From contig OZ024756.1 in assembly GCA_964016885.1 (NCBI GenBank), positions 41,478,001 through 41,542,000 on the forward strand: a DNA stretch of 64,000 bases, given 5' to 3'. Position numbers and translations under genes: made by a program. The stretch comes from Eledone cirrhosa. Lineage: Eukaryota. Below the pieces are notes generated by a model. That model saw only the letters and a program-made list of their open reading frames with translations. It had not been told where the DNA came from and did not search any database. Below, one piece after another: positions 12,500 through 26,808 of the stretch; position 1 is the stretch's first letter, and every line of letters begins with the position of its first letter.

Positions 12500-14066
12500 C
12501 CTCCAACACCACCACCACCACCACCACCATGCTACCACCAACACCACCACCACCACCATCACGACCTCTACCACCACCACCACCACCTCCATCACGACCT
12601 CTACCACCACCACCACCACCACCACCTCCATCACGACCACTACCACCACCACCTCCATCACGACCTCTACCACCACCACCACCACCTCCATCACGACCAC
12701 TACCACCACCACCACCTCCATCACGACCACTACCACCACCACCTCCATCACGACCTCTACCACCACCACCACCACCTCCATCACGACCACTACCACCACC
12801 ACCACCTCCATCACGACCTCTACCACCACCACCTCCATCACGACCTCTACCACCTCCATCACCTCCATCACGACCACTACCACCACCACCACCACCTCCA
12901 TCACGACCTCTACCACCACCACCACCACCACCACCTCCATCACGACCACTACCACCACCACCTCCATCACGACCTCTACCACCACCACCACCTCCATCAC
13001 GACCTCTACCACCACCACCTCCATCACGACCTCTACCACCTCCATCACCTCCATCACGACCACTACCACCACCACCACCACCTCCATCACGACCTCTACC
13101 ACCACCACCACCACCACCACCTCCATCACGACCACTACCACCACCACCTCCATCACGACCTCTACCACCACCACCACCACCTCCATCACGACCTCTACCA
13201 CCACCACCACCACCTCCATCACGACCTCTACCACCACCACCACCACCACCACCTCCATCACGACCACTACCACCACCACCACCACCACCACCTCCATCAC
13301 GACCACTACCACCACCACCACCACCTCCATCACGACCTCTACCACCACCACCACCACCACCACCTCCATCACGACCACTACCACCACCACCTCCATCACG
13401 ACCTCTACCACCACCACCACCACCTCCATCACGACCTCTACCACCACCACCACCACCTCCATCACGACCTCTACCACCACCACCACCACCACCACCTCCA
13501 TCACGACCACTACCACCACCACCACCACCACCACCTCCATCACGACCACTACCACCACCACCACCACCTCCATCACGACCTCTACCACCACCACCACCAC
13601 CACCACCTCCATCACGACCACTACCACCACCACCTCCATCACGACCACTACCACCACCACCACCACCACCACCTCCATCACGACCACTACCACCACCACC
13701 ACCACCTCCATCACGACCTCTACCACCACCACCACCACCACCACCTCCATCACGACCACTACCACCACCACCTCCATCACGACCTCTACCACCACCACCA
13801 CCACCTCCATCACGACCTCTACCACCACCACCACCACCTCTATCACGACCTCTACCACCACCACCACCACCACCACCTCCATCACGACCACTACCACCAC
13901 CACCACCACCACCACCTCCATCACGACCACTACCACCACCACCACCACCTCCATCACGACCACTACCACTACCACCACCACCACCACCTCCATCACGACC
14001 ACTACCACCACCACCACCACCTCCATCACGACCACTACCACCACCACCACCACCATGCCACCACCA
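12500..14066. repeat. Compound minisatellite (CCA)n-CCTCCATCACGACC(T/A)CTA
   Basis: Fixed core separated by variable (CCA)2-8 runs; all length changes are multiples of 3. Confidence 0.95.
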
Positions 14067-14409
14067 ACGCCATGGATGGTATGTAATAACACGCACATAC
14101 CACCAATATATATAGAGAGAGAGAGAGTGGGAGATGGAAAGAGGAGGGAGAGAGGGAAAGAGGAGGGAGAGGACAGGTTAAACAATTATTTCAGTTGACA
14201 ATAGTGTATAAAGGTAACAATTCAACAATAGAGAGAGGGGGAGGGTTAGGAGGAGGAAGACGGAGGGAGAGAGAAAGAGAGAGTGTGTGTGTATAAGAGA
14301 GAGAAAGAGAGAGACAGTGTGTATGTATAAGAGAGAGAGAGAGTGAGAGAGAGAGAGACGGTGTATAAGGGAGAGAGAGAGAGAGAGAGAGACAAGGGAG
14401 AGAGAGAGC

Positions 14410-14448
<39 letters not shown>

Positions 14449-15033
14449 CGAGAGAGAGAGAGCGAGAGAAGGGAGAGGGAGAGGGAGAGAGAGAGACAAG
14501 GGAGAGGGAGAAAGAGAGAGAGAGAGACAAGGGAGAGGGAGAGAGAGAGAGACAAGGGAGAGGGAGAGAGAGAGAGACAAGGGAGAGAGAGACAAGGGAG
14601 AGAGCGACAAGGGGGAGAGAGAGACAAGGGAGAGAGAGAGAGAGAGAGAGAGAGAGGGAAGACAAAGAGACATCCGGTGTCACTTACGATGCCAACAAAA
14701 GAATCTTGGTTATAATAGATTACGGCGTTCCATCAAAAAGGATGTAAAGATTTAATATATGTTAATTTATCTCTCTCTCTCTCTCACACACTATCTCTCA
14801 CCCCTCTCTCTCTCACATACACACACACACTCTCTCTCTCCCCCACACATCCACACACTATCTCTCCCTCTCTGTGAGAGCTTTTCAATATACATGAGCC
14901 GTTGAATACTAAGCCGTGGTTCGAAGTTCAGGTTTATTTCCATAACCTACATCCTCTACAGCAAGTATTTCAAGTTTACCGTCGGCCTTTAATTATGATC
15001 GCTGCGTAGTTTAAATCGATTTAAATCGAAATA

Positions 15034-15230
15034 CGAGAGTCGGTTGAAAAGTTCATATCCTGACCAAGATACTCTCATGGAATGACCAAATTAGGGTTAT
15101 ATTTCAACATAGTCCTTGGAAAGATACAATGCAGTTGTTTTAATAAGAAATGAAATTAATGCATGCAAGATTTCACAGCTCTAGCATCACTCCATCATAG
15201 TCAGCCTATGAACTTTTCAGTCGACCCTCG
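15034..15230. mobile_element. Mariner-derived MITE
   Basis: TA-CGAGAGTCGGTTGAAAAGTTCATATCCTGA ... TCAGCCTATGAACTTTTCAGTCGACCCTCG; ~30-bp TIRs with a mariner-like terminus. Confidence 0.8.
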
Positions 15231-15446
15231 TTTAGTAAATTATAACATTTGATACCTTTGGGGGGGGGGGGGGTGTATTTAAACTAATAAGAATTATAGA
15301 TTGCTGAGCCGAGAAAATGTCATTCTAACGAACAGGAAAGAACCACTGGACAGATTTTACGGGCAAAAACTAACCAGCAAGATACCCAAGAGTAGGAGGG
15401 GGAGAAGGCGAGAGATAGATAGATAGGTATGTATGTATAAATATAT

Positions 15447-15797
<351 letters not shown>

Positions 15798-16009
15798 CCT
15801 AAGATTTTCGCTTTCATCGTGTAAAACGCAAAAACATTCTCAGACAAAAACATATTCAACATTCTTTATAGTTATTGTTGCCCGTTTCCTACTTGGTCTA
15901 ATCTTTTGTTTTTGTTATGTTTTAACAATAACATATGTAAATAAAAACCCCCAAAACTAACAAACTGAACGTAAATGATAATTTAGCAGACATTCAGTTC
16001 CTTTTGTTT

Positions 16010-16365
16010 GGAAGGTTGCTATATTGGAATATTTTGTCTACATTCTCTCTAAAGAATAAATTTACACAATAATATAATAATACTGCCAATGTCAAGAAAT
16101 TACAAGCGTCGATGCAAAAAATAGATATATATAAAAACACAAAAACCGAAATACGAAATAGGAAATGAATTTGTTTTCTCAAGAGACAACAATGAAGTCA
16201 TTAGAAAATATAAAGATTTCTTTGAAATGTTCAAAGATTGCAATGAGGAGAATGCATTAACTCGAAATTGATGCTAAAATAAGTTAAAATCCGGTTTGGC
16301 GGAATGATTTAATTTAGTTTTAAAATGAAAGTGTAACACTTTGCGAAGAAAGTCTTTGTTCAAAG
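16010..16365. repeat. Unclassified dispersed repeat (second copy ~17740-18141)
   Basis: Colinear shared blocks ATTCTCTCTAAAGAAT, CCAATGTCA, TCTCAAGAGACAACA, TGCTAAAATAAGT, GAAAGTCTTTGTTCAA. Confidence 0.7.
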
Positions 16366-16698
16366 TTTTTTTTAAAAAAGGGCTTAATTTATGGCAGCTG
16401 AGGCAGAAAGACTTGGTTCGAGTTAGATTTCCGATATTTTCTTTAATGTTTTAGTTACTTTCAATCATTGGACTCCGCCCAAACTGGAGCACCGTCCATA
16501 TTGGGGCACCACCTTCAAGACGACTATGTCGTTATTTTATTGACCTATGAAGGAGGATGATAGATGAAGTCAACAAATAATGTTTAATAAATTAAAATTT
16601 ACACCCGTAATGAAAAGTAAACATATCATTTAGGGTCATTTTGTTGCACACGTCATCTGAACTAATTATATATATATATACACACACATACATATATG

Positions 16699-16755
<57 letters not shown>

Positions 16756-16797
16756 ATAAATACAAATACCAAAATCCAGAAAGAGCACGATAAGGGT

Positions 16798-16838
<41 letters not shown>

Positions 16839-16870
16839 AGATCAAAAGATGGTTAAAGGAGTTCAATATA

Positions 16871-16937
16871 TTTTATTATGCGCATTTCAAAAACAAACAT
16901 CATCAAACAATAATATTTGTGTTTTCATCAGATAAAA
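16871..16937 (-). ncRNA. Type-I hammerhead ribozyme, family A, inverted copy
   Basis: Reverse complement of 17065-17131. Confidence 0.85.
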
Positions 16938-17064
16938 CAGGAGAACATGATATGAAGGCTAAAAAAAACACTTGTTGATAGTGCAGTTTTAAATCAACAT
17001 ATGTTGATTTAAAACTGCACTATCAACAAGTGTTTTTTTTTAGCCTTCATATCATGTTCTCCTG

Positions 17065-17131
17065 TTTTATCTGATGAAAACACAAATATTATTGTTTGAT
17101 GATGTTTGTTTTTGAAATGCGCATAATAAAA
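17065..17131 (+). ncRNA. Type-I hammerhead ribozyme, family A
   Basis: TTTTAT-CTGATGA-AAAC-ACAAATATTATT-gttt-GATGATGTTTGT-TTTT-GAAA-TGCGCA-TA-ATAAAA; predicted cleavage after A17125. Confidence 0.88.
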
Positions 17132-17254
17132 TATATTGAACTCCTTTAACCATCTTTTGATCTTATATTATGCATACTCCAGTCCCACAAACTGTAGAGT
17201 GCTTCTTATCCGATATCTGCATTGCTTTATTGTACTACAATAAAACTCACCTCC

Positions 17255-17348
<94 letters not shown>

Positions 17349-17352
<4 letters not shown>

Positions 17353-17534
17353 AACCAGTAAGACCCCGACAGCTGAGCTCAAGCCGTTTCGACGGCTAAT
17401 TCTGAATTAGCCGTCGAAACGGCTTGAGCTCAGCTGTCGGGGTCTTACTGGTTCCTATTACCCACTCTACTACCTCAAGTATTGAGTACTTTGGTGCGTT
17501 ATGGTCCACCTGGTTCCTTACCACATTTCCTTCG

Positions 17535-17537
<3 letters not shown>
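17349..17537 (+). mobile_element. Family C element: perfect palindrome (1-nt spacer at 17403) plus tail
   Basis: Arms 17349-17402 / 17404-17457 contain GAAA-CGGCT-tgagctc-AGCTG-TC (stem III and GUC) but no CUGANGA. Confidence 0.9.
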
Positions 17538-17586
<49 letters not shown>

Positions 17587-18242
17587 AACTAGTGGAGCAA
17601 ATATTTATTATTAGCACAGATTATATATATTTCGGATGGAAGGAGAGTTCACTATATTTTAAAATGTTAACTTCCAATTAACTATATGTTTTTCATGCAG
17701 AATGTGTCCCTGAGAAAATGATATTACACTCCCTTGCTTATTAGAAACTGCTATTTGCCGGAGATAGTGAGTGTGTGGTAATAGACTAATTTGATTAGAT
17801 TCTCTCTAAAGAATTAAAGCCACAATAACTAGTGTCTACCAATGTCAGTAAATGTCTGGAATCTATTTCATTATTCCATTATCTCAAGAGACAACAGTGA
17901 AGTTATTATAAATTCTTGGAATATGAAAGATTGAAAATAAATTGCATTGAGAAGTGGGTCAGTAGAAACTGGTGCTAAAATAAGTAGTTTAAAGCTGTTT
18001 TGACAGCATACTTTAATTTAGGTTTGAAATAAAATCAAATAAAATCAAAAATATGTTTTTTTATTTTTATTTATGTATTTATCTATTTATGTACTTATTT
18101 ATGGGGTGGGGTGTAAAATCTCCGAGGAAAGTCTTTGTTCAACGAGAACCAGACTGAATATATTGTAGCTGAGAGTAGAGAGGGAGAGACAGAAAAAAGA
18201 GAGGGTTTTAAACATATTCGATATTCTTATAAATATATATAA

Positions 18243-18350
<108 letters not shown>

Positions 18351-18399
18351 ATAACAAAGTTCATATGAAGATATGTCACTATCTTTAAACCAAATATTG

Positions 18400-18460
18400 T
18401 ATTTTATCTGACGAAAGCGTACTAAAATATTGGTACCGTTGAAATATGTATAATAAAATA
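18400..18460 (+). ncRNA. Type-I hammerhead ribozyme, family B (element ~18349-18588)
   Basis: TATTTTAT-CTGACGA-AAGCGTACTAA-aata-TTGGTACCGTT-GAAA-TATGTA-TA-ATAAAATA; stem I extends further (ACTATCTTTA/TAAAGATAGT); tail has GAGTGC. Confidence 0.82.
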
Positions 18461-18587
18461 AATATTGTTTTATAAAGATAGTTTCCATTTATTGATATTA
18501 ATTATACTCCGGAAATCCTGTTGAGTGCTTCTAAACTGTTATAAATTAACTATGTTGAATAATCAACAAAACAAATAACTCATTGTT

Positions 18588-19336
<749 letters not shown>

Positions 19337-20057
19337 TACGTTGGTAGAAATCTGTAGATGAAAGATCAAGCAATGCTCGATCTGCTGGAAGAGAGTTTAT
19401 TTAATATAAACCAAGTTTCATAGACTTAACAGGTATGTACTACCATTGGCTTCGGGATGTAGTGGTGGTGATGGTAGTGGTGGTGGTGGTGGTGGTAGTG
19501 GTGGTGGTGGTGGTGATGGTGGTGTGGTAGTGGTAGTGGTGATGGTGGTGATGCAGTGGTAGTGGTGGTGATGGTGGTGGTAGTGGTGGTGATGGTGGTG
19601 GTAGTGGTGGTGGTAGTGGTGGTGGTGTGGTAGTGGTAGTGGTGATGGTGGTGATGCAGTGGTGGTAGTGGTGGTGATGGTGGTGGTAGTGGTGGTGGTA
19701 GTGGTGGTGATGGTGGTGTGGTGGTGGTGGTGGTGGTAGTGGTGGTAGTGGTGGTGATGCAGTGGTGGTAGTGGTGGTGATGGTGGTGATGCAGTGGTGG
19801 TAGTGGTGGTAGTGGTGGTGGTGGTGGTAATGATGGTGGTGATGGTGGTAGTGGTGGTAGTGGTGGTGGTAGTGGTGGTGGTAATGATGGTGATGCAGTG
19901 GTAGTGGTGGTGGTGTTGTTGTTGTTGGTGGTGTTGATGATGGGGGACTTGGTGGCGACAGAGTTACGGAGGTTCCTTGTGACGTCATTGATTTTACAAA
20001 CCTTCTAACCCAGCGATGAGTGATTGAATGGGTGCGTGTGAGTGAGGGGGTAAGTGT

Positions 20058-20114
<57 letters not shown>

Positions 20115-20228
20115 TGTGTGTGAGGGGTTAGTCAGCGTGTGTGTGTGGGGGGGTTAGTCAGCGTGTGTGTGTATGTATGTGTGTGTGTGTGTGAGGGGTT
20201 AGTCAACGTGTGTGTGTGTACGTGCGTG

Positions 20229-20275
<47 letters not shown>

Positions 20276-20439
20276 GTGTGTGTGTGTGTGAGAGGATATG
20301 TTGTTTAATCGTATCTGAAATGATTGGAGGTGACGTTTAATGGTTTACGTCCAGGTAAAATATTGACATGAAGTGAAGACAAATTTATTTTGTAGAGGGG
20401 GGAGGGGTGACGGTGGAGAAGAAACACTATTAAAATACC

Positions 20440-20960
20440 GCACCATCACCGCTACAACTACCACCACCACCGCTACAACTACCACCACCACCGCTACAAC
20501 TACCACCACCACCGCTACAACTACCACCACCACCGCTACAACTACCACCACCACCGCTACAACTACCACCACCACCGCTACAACTACCACCACCACCGCT
20601 ACAACTACCACCACCACCGCTACAACTACCACCACCACCACTACAACTACCACCACCACCGCTACAACTACCACCACCACCGCTACAACTACCACCACCA
20701 CCGCTACAACTACCACCACCACCGCTACAACTACCACCACCACCGCTACAACTACCACCACCACCGCTACAACTACCACCACCACCGCTACAACTACCAC
20801 CACCACCGCTACAACTACCACCACCACCGCTACAACTACCACCACCACCGCTACAACTACCACCATCACCGCTACAACTACCACCACCACTGCAACTACC
20901 ACCACCACCGCTACAACCACCACCACCGCTACCACTGCAACTACCACCGCAACCAGCACC
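20440..20960. repeat. 21-bp minisatellite (CCGCTACAACTACCACCACCA)n
   Basis: Tandem units read directly. Confidence 0.95.
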
Positions 20961-21432
20961 ATCATCATGACCACCTTACCAACAACAACAACAACAACTA
21001 CGACCAGATGACGAAGACATTATCAACCGACTGACCTTACAAATTAATGATCCGACCTGTTGGTGCAGGGTGAGACGTCGTTACCCCTGACACCCGTCCC
21101 CCTCTCTCTCTCTCCACTTTAACCTTCCCCTGGGGGGTCTTTATTACCCCCTCCACATCTCACGTGGGTCTTTGGCAGGATGGTGACGAAATATTGTCGT
21201 TTGCTTGGGGTGACAAACCAATCTATTTCAACAGATCACATTGTGGGAGGGGGGTGGGGGGTGGAGGGAGAGGAAAGAAAGAGAAGAAGTAAGCGAGGAA
21301 GGAAGGAAGGAAGGCAGCAAGGAATGAGAGGGAGACCCAGTGCAGATATATTGAACTATCAACTTTGTCGTAAAAATAATAAAAATAAATGTATTTAAAA
21401 AAAAAAAAAAAGTCAACGTAAAGATTCCTACC

Positions 21433-21474
<42 letters not shown>

Positions 21475-22044
21475 GCAATGACGACCACAACAACAACAAC
21501 AGCAATAACAACAATAACCACAGCAATGACGACCACAACAACAACGACAACAACAACGACAACAACGACGCCGACATTGAGGTCTAAAAACAAACAGATT
21601 CCGTGGAAGGAATTCTAGTAGAATCTAAGGTAAATTGTTTCATATGAAATAGTTGGAGGGGTTTTGTATTATTTGATAATCGTCTTTTTCTGGGTTAATG
21701 ACGTATTATCGGACATGGAGGTGGAAGGTGGGGGTGGGGGAAATATTTAAGGTCAAACTGCCATTCACATCGTTGTGTGACCTCATCTTTGGGTATATCT
21801 GGCAGTGGAAGATGGACGTATGTGCATTTAGATGGTATGGGTTGTTGTAGTTGATGTTGCTGTAGTTGTTGTTGCTGCTGTTGTTGTTGATGTTGTAGTT
21901 GTAGTAGTTGATGTAGTAGTTGTAGTTGATGTAGTAGTTGTAGTTGCTGATGTAGTTGTAGTTGCTGTTGTTGTTGGTGTAGTTGTTGCTGATGTTGTTG
22001 TTTTAGCTCAAACGACACAGTACAATGAAGAAATATATATCTAT

Positions 22045-22113
22045 ATCTAGGGCGGGTAACTCTCCAGCGGTCTCTGCCCCTCATTATCGCTGCCATGTCC
22101 TGCGTCTCCAAGA
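22045..22113 (-). mobile_element. RTE-like LINE extreme 3' end
   Basis: Minus translation LETQDMAAIMRGRDRWR matches 34220-34310. Confidence 0.7.
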
Positions 22114-22138
22114 CGTATGTCTGTGTGTGTGTGTGTGT

Positions 22139-22187
<49 letters not shown>

Positions 22188-22312
22188 ATATTAACAGTAG
22201 GGAACCAGATGTAAAGTGTCGCTGTAATTATTTCCTACTGTTTACGGTGTAAGTTGGTACACCAACAACTTTCCACTTGAAACTTCGCCTTTCATTACTT
22301 CATTATCAATAA

Positions 22313-22482
22313 AGGGCGGTGAATTGGCAGTATTGGTAGAGGGTCGTAGTTACGTCCCTTTACGATCTGAGTTCAAATCCCGCCGAGGTTGACTTTGCCT
22401 TTCATCCTTACGGGGGTCGATAAAATAAAGTACCAGTAATACACTGGGCAATTGCTGGCCTTGTGCCAAAAGTAGAAACAAT
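22313..22482 (+). mobile_element. SINE family 1 copy, near full length
   Basis: GGGCGGTGAATTGGCAG...CTGAGTTCAAATCCCGCCGAGGTTGACTTTGCCTTTCATCC...GGCCTTGTGCCAAAAGTAGAAAC. Confidence 0.9.
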
Positions 22483-22539
22483 TATCAATAAAATAACTAC
22501 CGACCATATACTAAATACACTTGATTCACTTCACCCCTA

Positions 22540-22574
<35 letters not shown>

Positions 22575-23799
22575 GTATATATATATATATATATACATAC
22601 ACACACATACATATATATATGTGTATATAATATATATACTGTATATATATATATATAGATATAAATGGCGGAAAAAAATGGTCAAACTATTGGAAGATTC
22701 CTCGTCTAAACCGACGGTGTTCCATCATATTATTGTTGTTTTTGTTTTTATCGTCGTTGTTGTTCGTGATGGTGACGGTGATGATGGTGGTGGTGGTGGT
22801 GGTATGTTTTTGTTGTTACTGTTGCTGATATTTTGTTTTTGTGTCTGTTGTTGATATTGTTACAGTTGTTGTTGATGTTGTTGTTGTTGTTTCACATTTA
22901 GATGTTGCGTAGCAAGCATTCCAGGAAAGCAAAGTCCGTGAAAGATCTTGTTTTCATGTAGAGAGAGAGAGAGATGTGGGGGAAGAGAGAGTGTGACAGA
23001 GAGAGAGAGAGGTGGGGGAAGAGAGAGTGTGACAGAGTGAAAGGGGGAAGAGAGAGAGACGGGGTGAAGAGAGTGGAAAGAAAAAGATTAAAAGAATTTA
23101 GAAAAGTGTTTAAGAGAGAAAAAGTGTGTGTGTGGGGGGGGGGGTAGACAGAGAGGAGTGGGGGTGGGGAGTGGTAGGAGAGTGGGTGGAGAGAAAGAGA
23201 TTAAAAGAAAATTGGAAAATTATAATCTAAGGATGGCTCGTGAGTACACACACACACACATACACATACAGATATGTACACATACACATATGCGTGCAAA
23301 CACACACACTCACAAAACACAAAACATTGACACATATATACATTAACACACACACACACGTATACACACACATAAAAACGTACAGACAGACAGACAAACA
23401 GACAAACAGACACAAAACGCAAACACACAATCCACGCATACACTCAAAACACACACATACTCCGAAGACACACACACACACACACACGTCCTACTCTTGA
23501 CAATATTCTAGACATAAGAATGTGTTCCCCAACAAATCTAGGACAATTAAGGTTGTCTGGTTCAATATAGGGATCATCTGGTCCCCCAGATACACCACAC
23601 CTTTATTGTCAAATCAGATGACATGTAGTATGTCTGGAGTTAATATAGCTGTCATCTGGTGCCCAGATCTACCGTACTTTTGTCTTAAATATGTATTTCA
23701 GCCAAGTCACCAGCCATGTACCATGCATCTAATCTGAGAAGCCGCTCATAAGAAGTGTCACCTCATTTCTTCACTATAAACAACCACATCAACATTATA

Positions 23800-24285
23800 T
23801 GCTTTGACGCATAGAGTTACGGCCCTTGCCATTCTGAGTTCAAATCCCGCCGAAGTTAACTTTGCCTTTCATCCTTACCGGGTCGATAAAATAAAGTACC
23901 AGTAATGTACTAGGTAATTGCTGGCCTTGTGCCAATAGTAGAAACAATTATATGTAAAAAACAATTTTTGAACCAAAGTGTTGGATGTCTTAGTCTTAGA
24001 ATGCCAGTCTTAGAATGTCTAACAATATCTTATATTATATGTCTTAGTCTCCTCTGATCATAAAATGTCCTGTGGTTATTTTATTTTCACTACGAGCAAC
24101 CAGACCACAGTATCGGTAGATAGTCGGACGCCATGCTTTGCAGCATAGAGTTACGCCCCTTTATGGTCTGAGTTCAAATCTCGCCGAGGTTAACTTTGCC
24201 TTTCATCCTTACGGAGTCGATAAAATAAAGTACCAGTAATAGACTGTGATAATTGCTGGCCTTGTGCCAAAAGTAGAAACAATTA
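23800..24285 (+). mobile_element. Two SINE family 1 copies (23800-23950, 24107-24285)
   Basis: Same diagnostic body and 3' end. Confidence 0.88.
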
Positions 24286-24979
24286 TATGTACAAAACAGT
24301 TCTCGATTTGAGGTCCACGAAAAAAAAAAAAAATGTATCCGTCGAGTTTTTAGCAATGATTCTTCCTCTGAAAGAAAAAAAAAAAAATCACCGGTTGGGT
24401 TGCAGCCTTGAAAAAGAGGGGCCCTGACTAGTTCAAAATACCCCTGTAGTAAGATGGCGTCCCTACGAAACCACCAGGAGTTAAGAGACTTTTATCTTTT
24501 CTTGAATTACAGGAGTTACTCATTCGCTGTTTCTTATCAGAATAAATAGAGCAGATGAAATCTTTTGGCCCCGATTTCCCAGCAACTCTACTGGAATACC
24601 ACCTAATCCTGACCCCTTGCTGGCATTGATCTCGTTAATTGCCAAATACTAACCCCTTTATTGGTAGAGATACAATCCATATGGCCAACTGGATCTTGTT
24701 AAGGGAAAAATTTAAAAAAAGGTCAGTAAATTATTTCTTCCAAAGGAAACTTTCGAGGTCATATCAGTTTTGGATAGTGAATGTAGGAAAGGTCGTGTAT
24801 AATACATGTATATGTATATATATATATATATACAAATATAAATATATATACATATATATATATATACAAATATAAATATATATACAAATAAGTATATATA
24901 TATATATATATAAATATATATATGTATAATAGAATAATTTGTGTGTAGTATATCTACTATTAATGTGATTCTAGTTACC

Positions 24980-25020
<41 letters not shown>

Positions 25021-25171
25021 TATAGTGATCGCCATCTCTACGTCTAACGTATTTGCCATCATAAGAGTAAGTTTTCATATCAGCGGCTTCATTGATAATC
25101 TCATTCTACCATCTCTATAATCGCCATTTTAGAGATAGTTCTTATCGTACCATCGAAGAAATAATATAGCT

Positions 25172-25221
<50 letters not shown>

Positions 25222-25729
25222 ATATGTACGTATATATGTATACGTGTACGTATATATATGTATACATGTATGTATGTGTTTATGTATACATGTATGTATG
25301 CATGCATGCATGCATGTATATATGTATACATGTATGTATATATGTATGTATATATGTATGTATATATGTATGTATATATGTATATATGTATGTATATATG
25401 TATGTATATATGTATGTATATATGCATGTATGTATGTATGTATATATGCATGTATGTATGTATGTATATATGTATGTATATGTGTGTGCATGTATGAATA
25501 TGTGTGTGCATGTAAGTAAACGGGAACACAGTCAACATACCAAGAGTAAAGTAAACGAAGAAACAGAGACGAGGAAATGTTGAAAATGAGAGGACGAGTG
25601 TGAAATAGAGAGAATAGCTGCAATGGCGCCAGGTAAGATCGCAGTTCCACACTTGGTTGCCTCACCTATTCTGTATATTACTTTCTTGCTATGTCTATTT
25701 GTGTGTGTGTGTGTGTGTGTGTGACAACT

Positions 25730-25960
25730 CACACCTATGCAGGTTTAGCTGGCCTCCAAGGTATATCTCGTTGGGGGTGTCTTGGGTAATTTAATGATAG
25801 GGACCCCCAGTCCTATCATCTCATTTCTATAGCTGAGTAAACTGGAGCCGCGTGAAATAAAGTGTCTCGCTCAAGGAAACAACATATCACCCGGTCCGAG
25901 AATTGAACTCACAAGCTTTCGATTGCAAGCCCAATGCTCTAACCACTAAGCCATGCGCCT
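25730..25960 (-). mobile_element. SINE family 2 copy
   Basis: Near-identical to 7424-7650. Confidence 0.85.
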
Positions 25961-26808
25961 ATTTACTGCTAATTAGAGCTTCGTATGCTACTGATGCTGT
26001 AGACCAATCTATTTACTGCTAATTAGAGCTTAGTATACTACTGATGCTGTAGACCAATCTATTTACTGCTAATTAGAGCTTAGTATACTACTGATGCTGT
26101 AGACCAATCTATTTACTGCTAATTAGAGCTTAGTATACTACTGATGCTGTAGACCAATCTATTTACTGCTAATTAGAGCTTCGTATGCTACTGATGCTGT
26201 AGACCAATCTATTTACTGCTAATTAGAGCTTAGTATACTACTGATGCTGTAGACCAATCTATTTACTGCTAATTAGAGCTTAGTATACTACTGATGCTGT
26301 AGACCAATCTATTTACTGCTAATTAGAGCTTAGTATACTACTGATGCTGTAGACCAATCTATTTACTGCTAATTAGAGCTTCGTATGCTACTGATGCTGT
26401 AGACCAATCTATTTACTGCTAATTAGAGCTTAGTATACTACTGATGCTGTAGACCAATCTATTTACTGCTAATTAGAGCTTAGTATACTACTGATGCTGT
26501 AGACCAATCTATTTACTGCTAATTAGAGCTTAGTATACTACTGATGCTGTAGACCAATCTATTTACTGCTAATTAGAGCTTAGTATACTACTGATGCTGT
26601 AGACCAATCTATTTACTGCTAATTAGAGCTTCGTATGCTACTGATGCTGTAGACCAATCTATTTACTGCTAATTAGAGCTTAGTATACTACTGATGCTGT
26701 AGACCAATCTATTTACTGCTAATTAGAGCTTAGTATACTACTGATGCTGTAGACCAATCTATTTACTGCTAATTAGAGCTTAGTATACTACTGATGATGC
26801 TGTAGACC
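25961..26808. repeat. 50-bp minisatellite, 17 copies
   Basis: ATTTACTGCTAATTAGAGCTTAGTATACTACTGATGCTGTAGACCAATCT in tandem with no spacers. Confidence 0.98.

Larger units (their letters stand above)
16831..17259 (+). mobile_element. Family A element: ~170-bp-arm spacerless palindrome plus 3' tail in (TA)n
   Basis: 16831-17000 and 17001-17171 are reverse complements apart from a 1-nt homopolymer indel; tail 17172-17259 has GAGTGC. Confidence 0.92.

Noticed and set aside
12373-14185. 580-aa proline-rich (extensin/formin-like) ORF and overlapping poly-His/Gly/Val ORFs
   Set aside because: At least four frames on both strands are open because the triplet-based repeat lacks stops; there is no unique domain or splice context.
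16831-17259. Calling families A-G classical MITEs with TA target duplication
   Set aside because: They have asymmetric unique tails, variable inner junctions, 5'-truncated non-inverted copies (35107, 48817) and ribozyme folds, which fit retrotransposition better.
20373-21011. Mucin-like Thr-rich ORF
   Set aside because: It is a 21-bp tandem repeat open on both strands with no supporting gene structure.
22313-22482. tRNA genes suggested by A/B boxes
   Set aside because: No complete cloverleaf; the boxes lie in multi-copy SINE heads.
25961-26808. CRISPR-like array; CTGATG in each unit as a retrozyme-type hammerhead
   Set aside because: There are no unique spacers and the context is eukaryotic; the unit has CTGATGC, not CTGANGA, and no GAAA.
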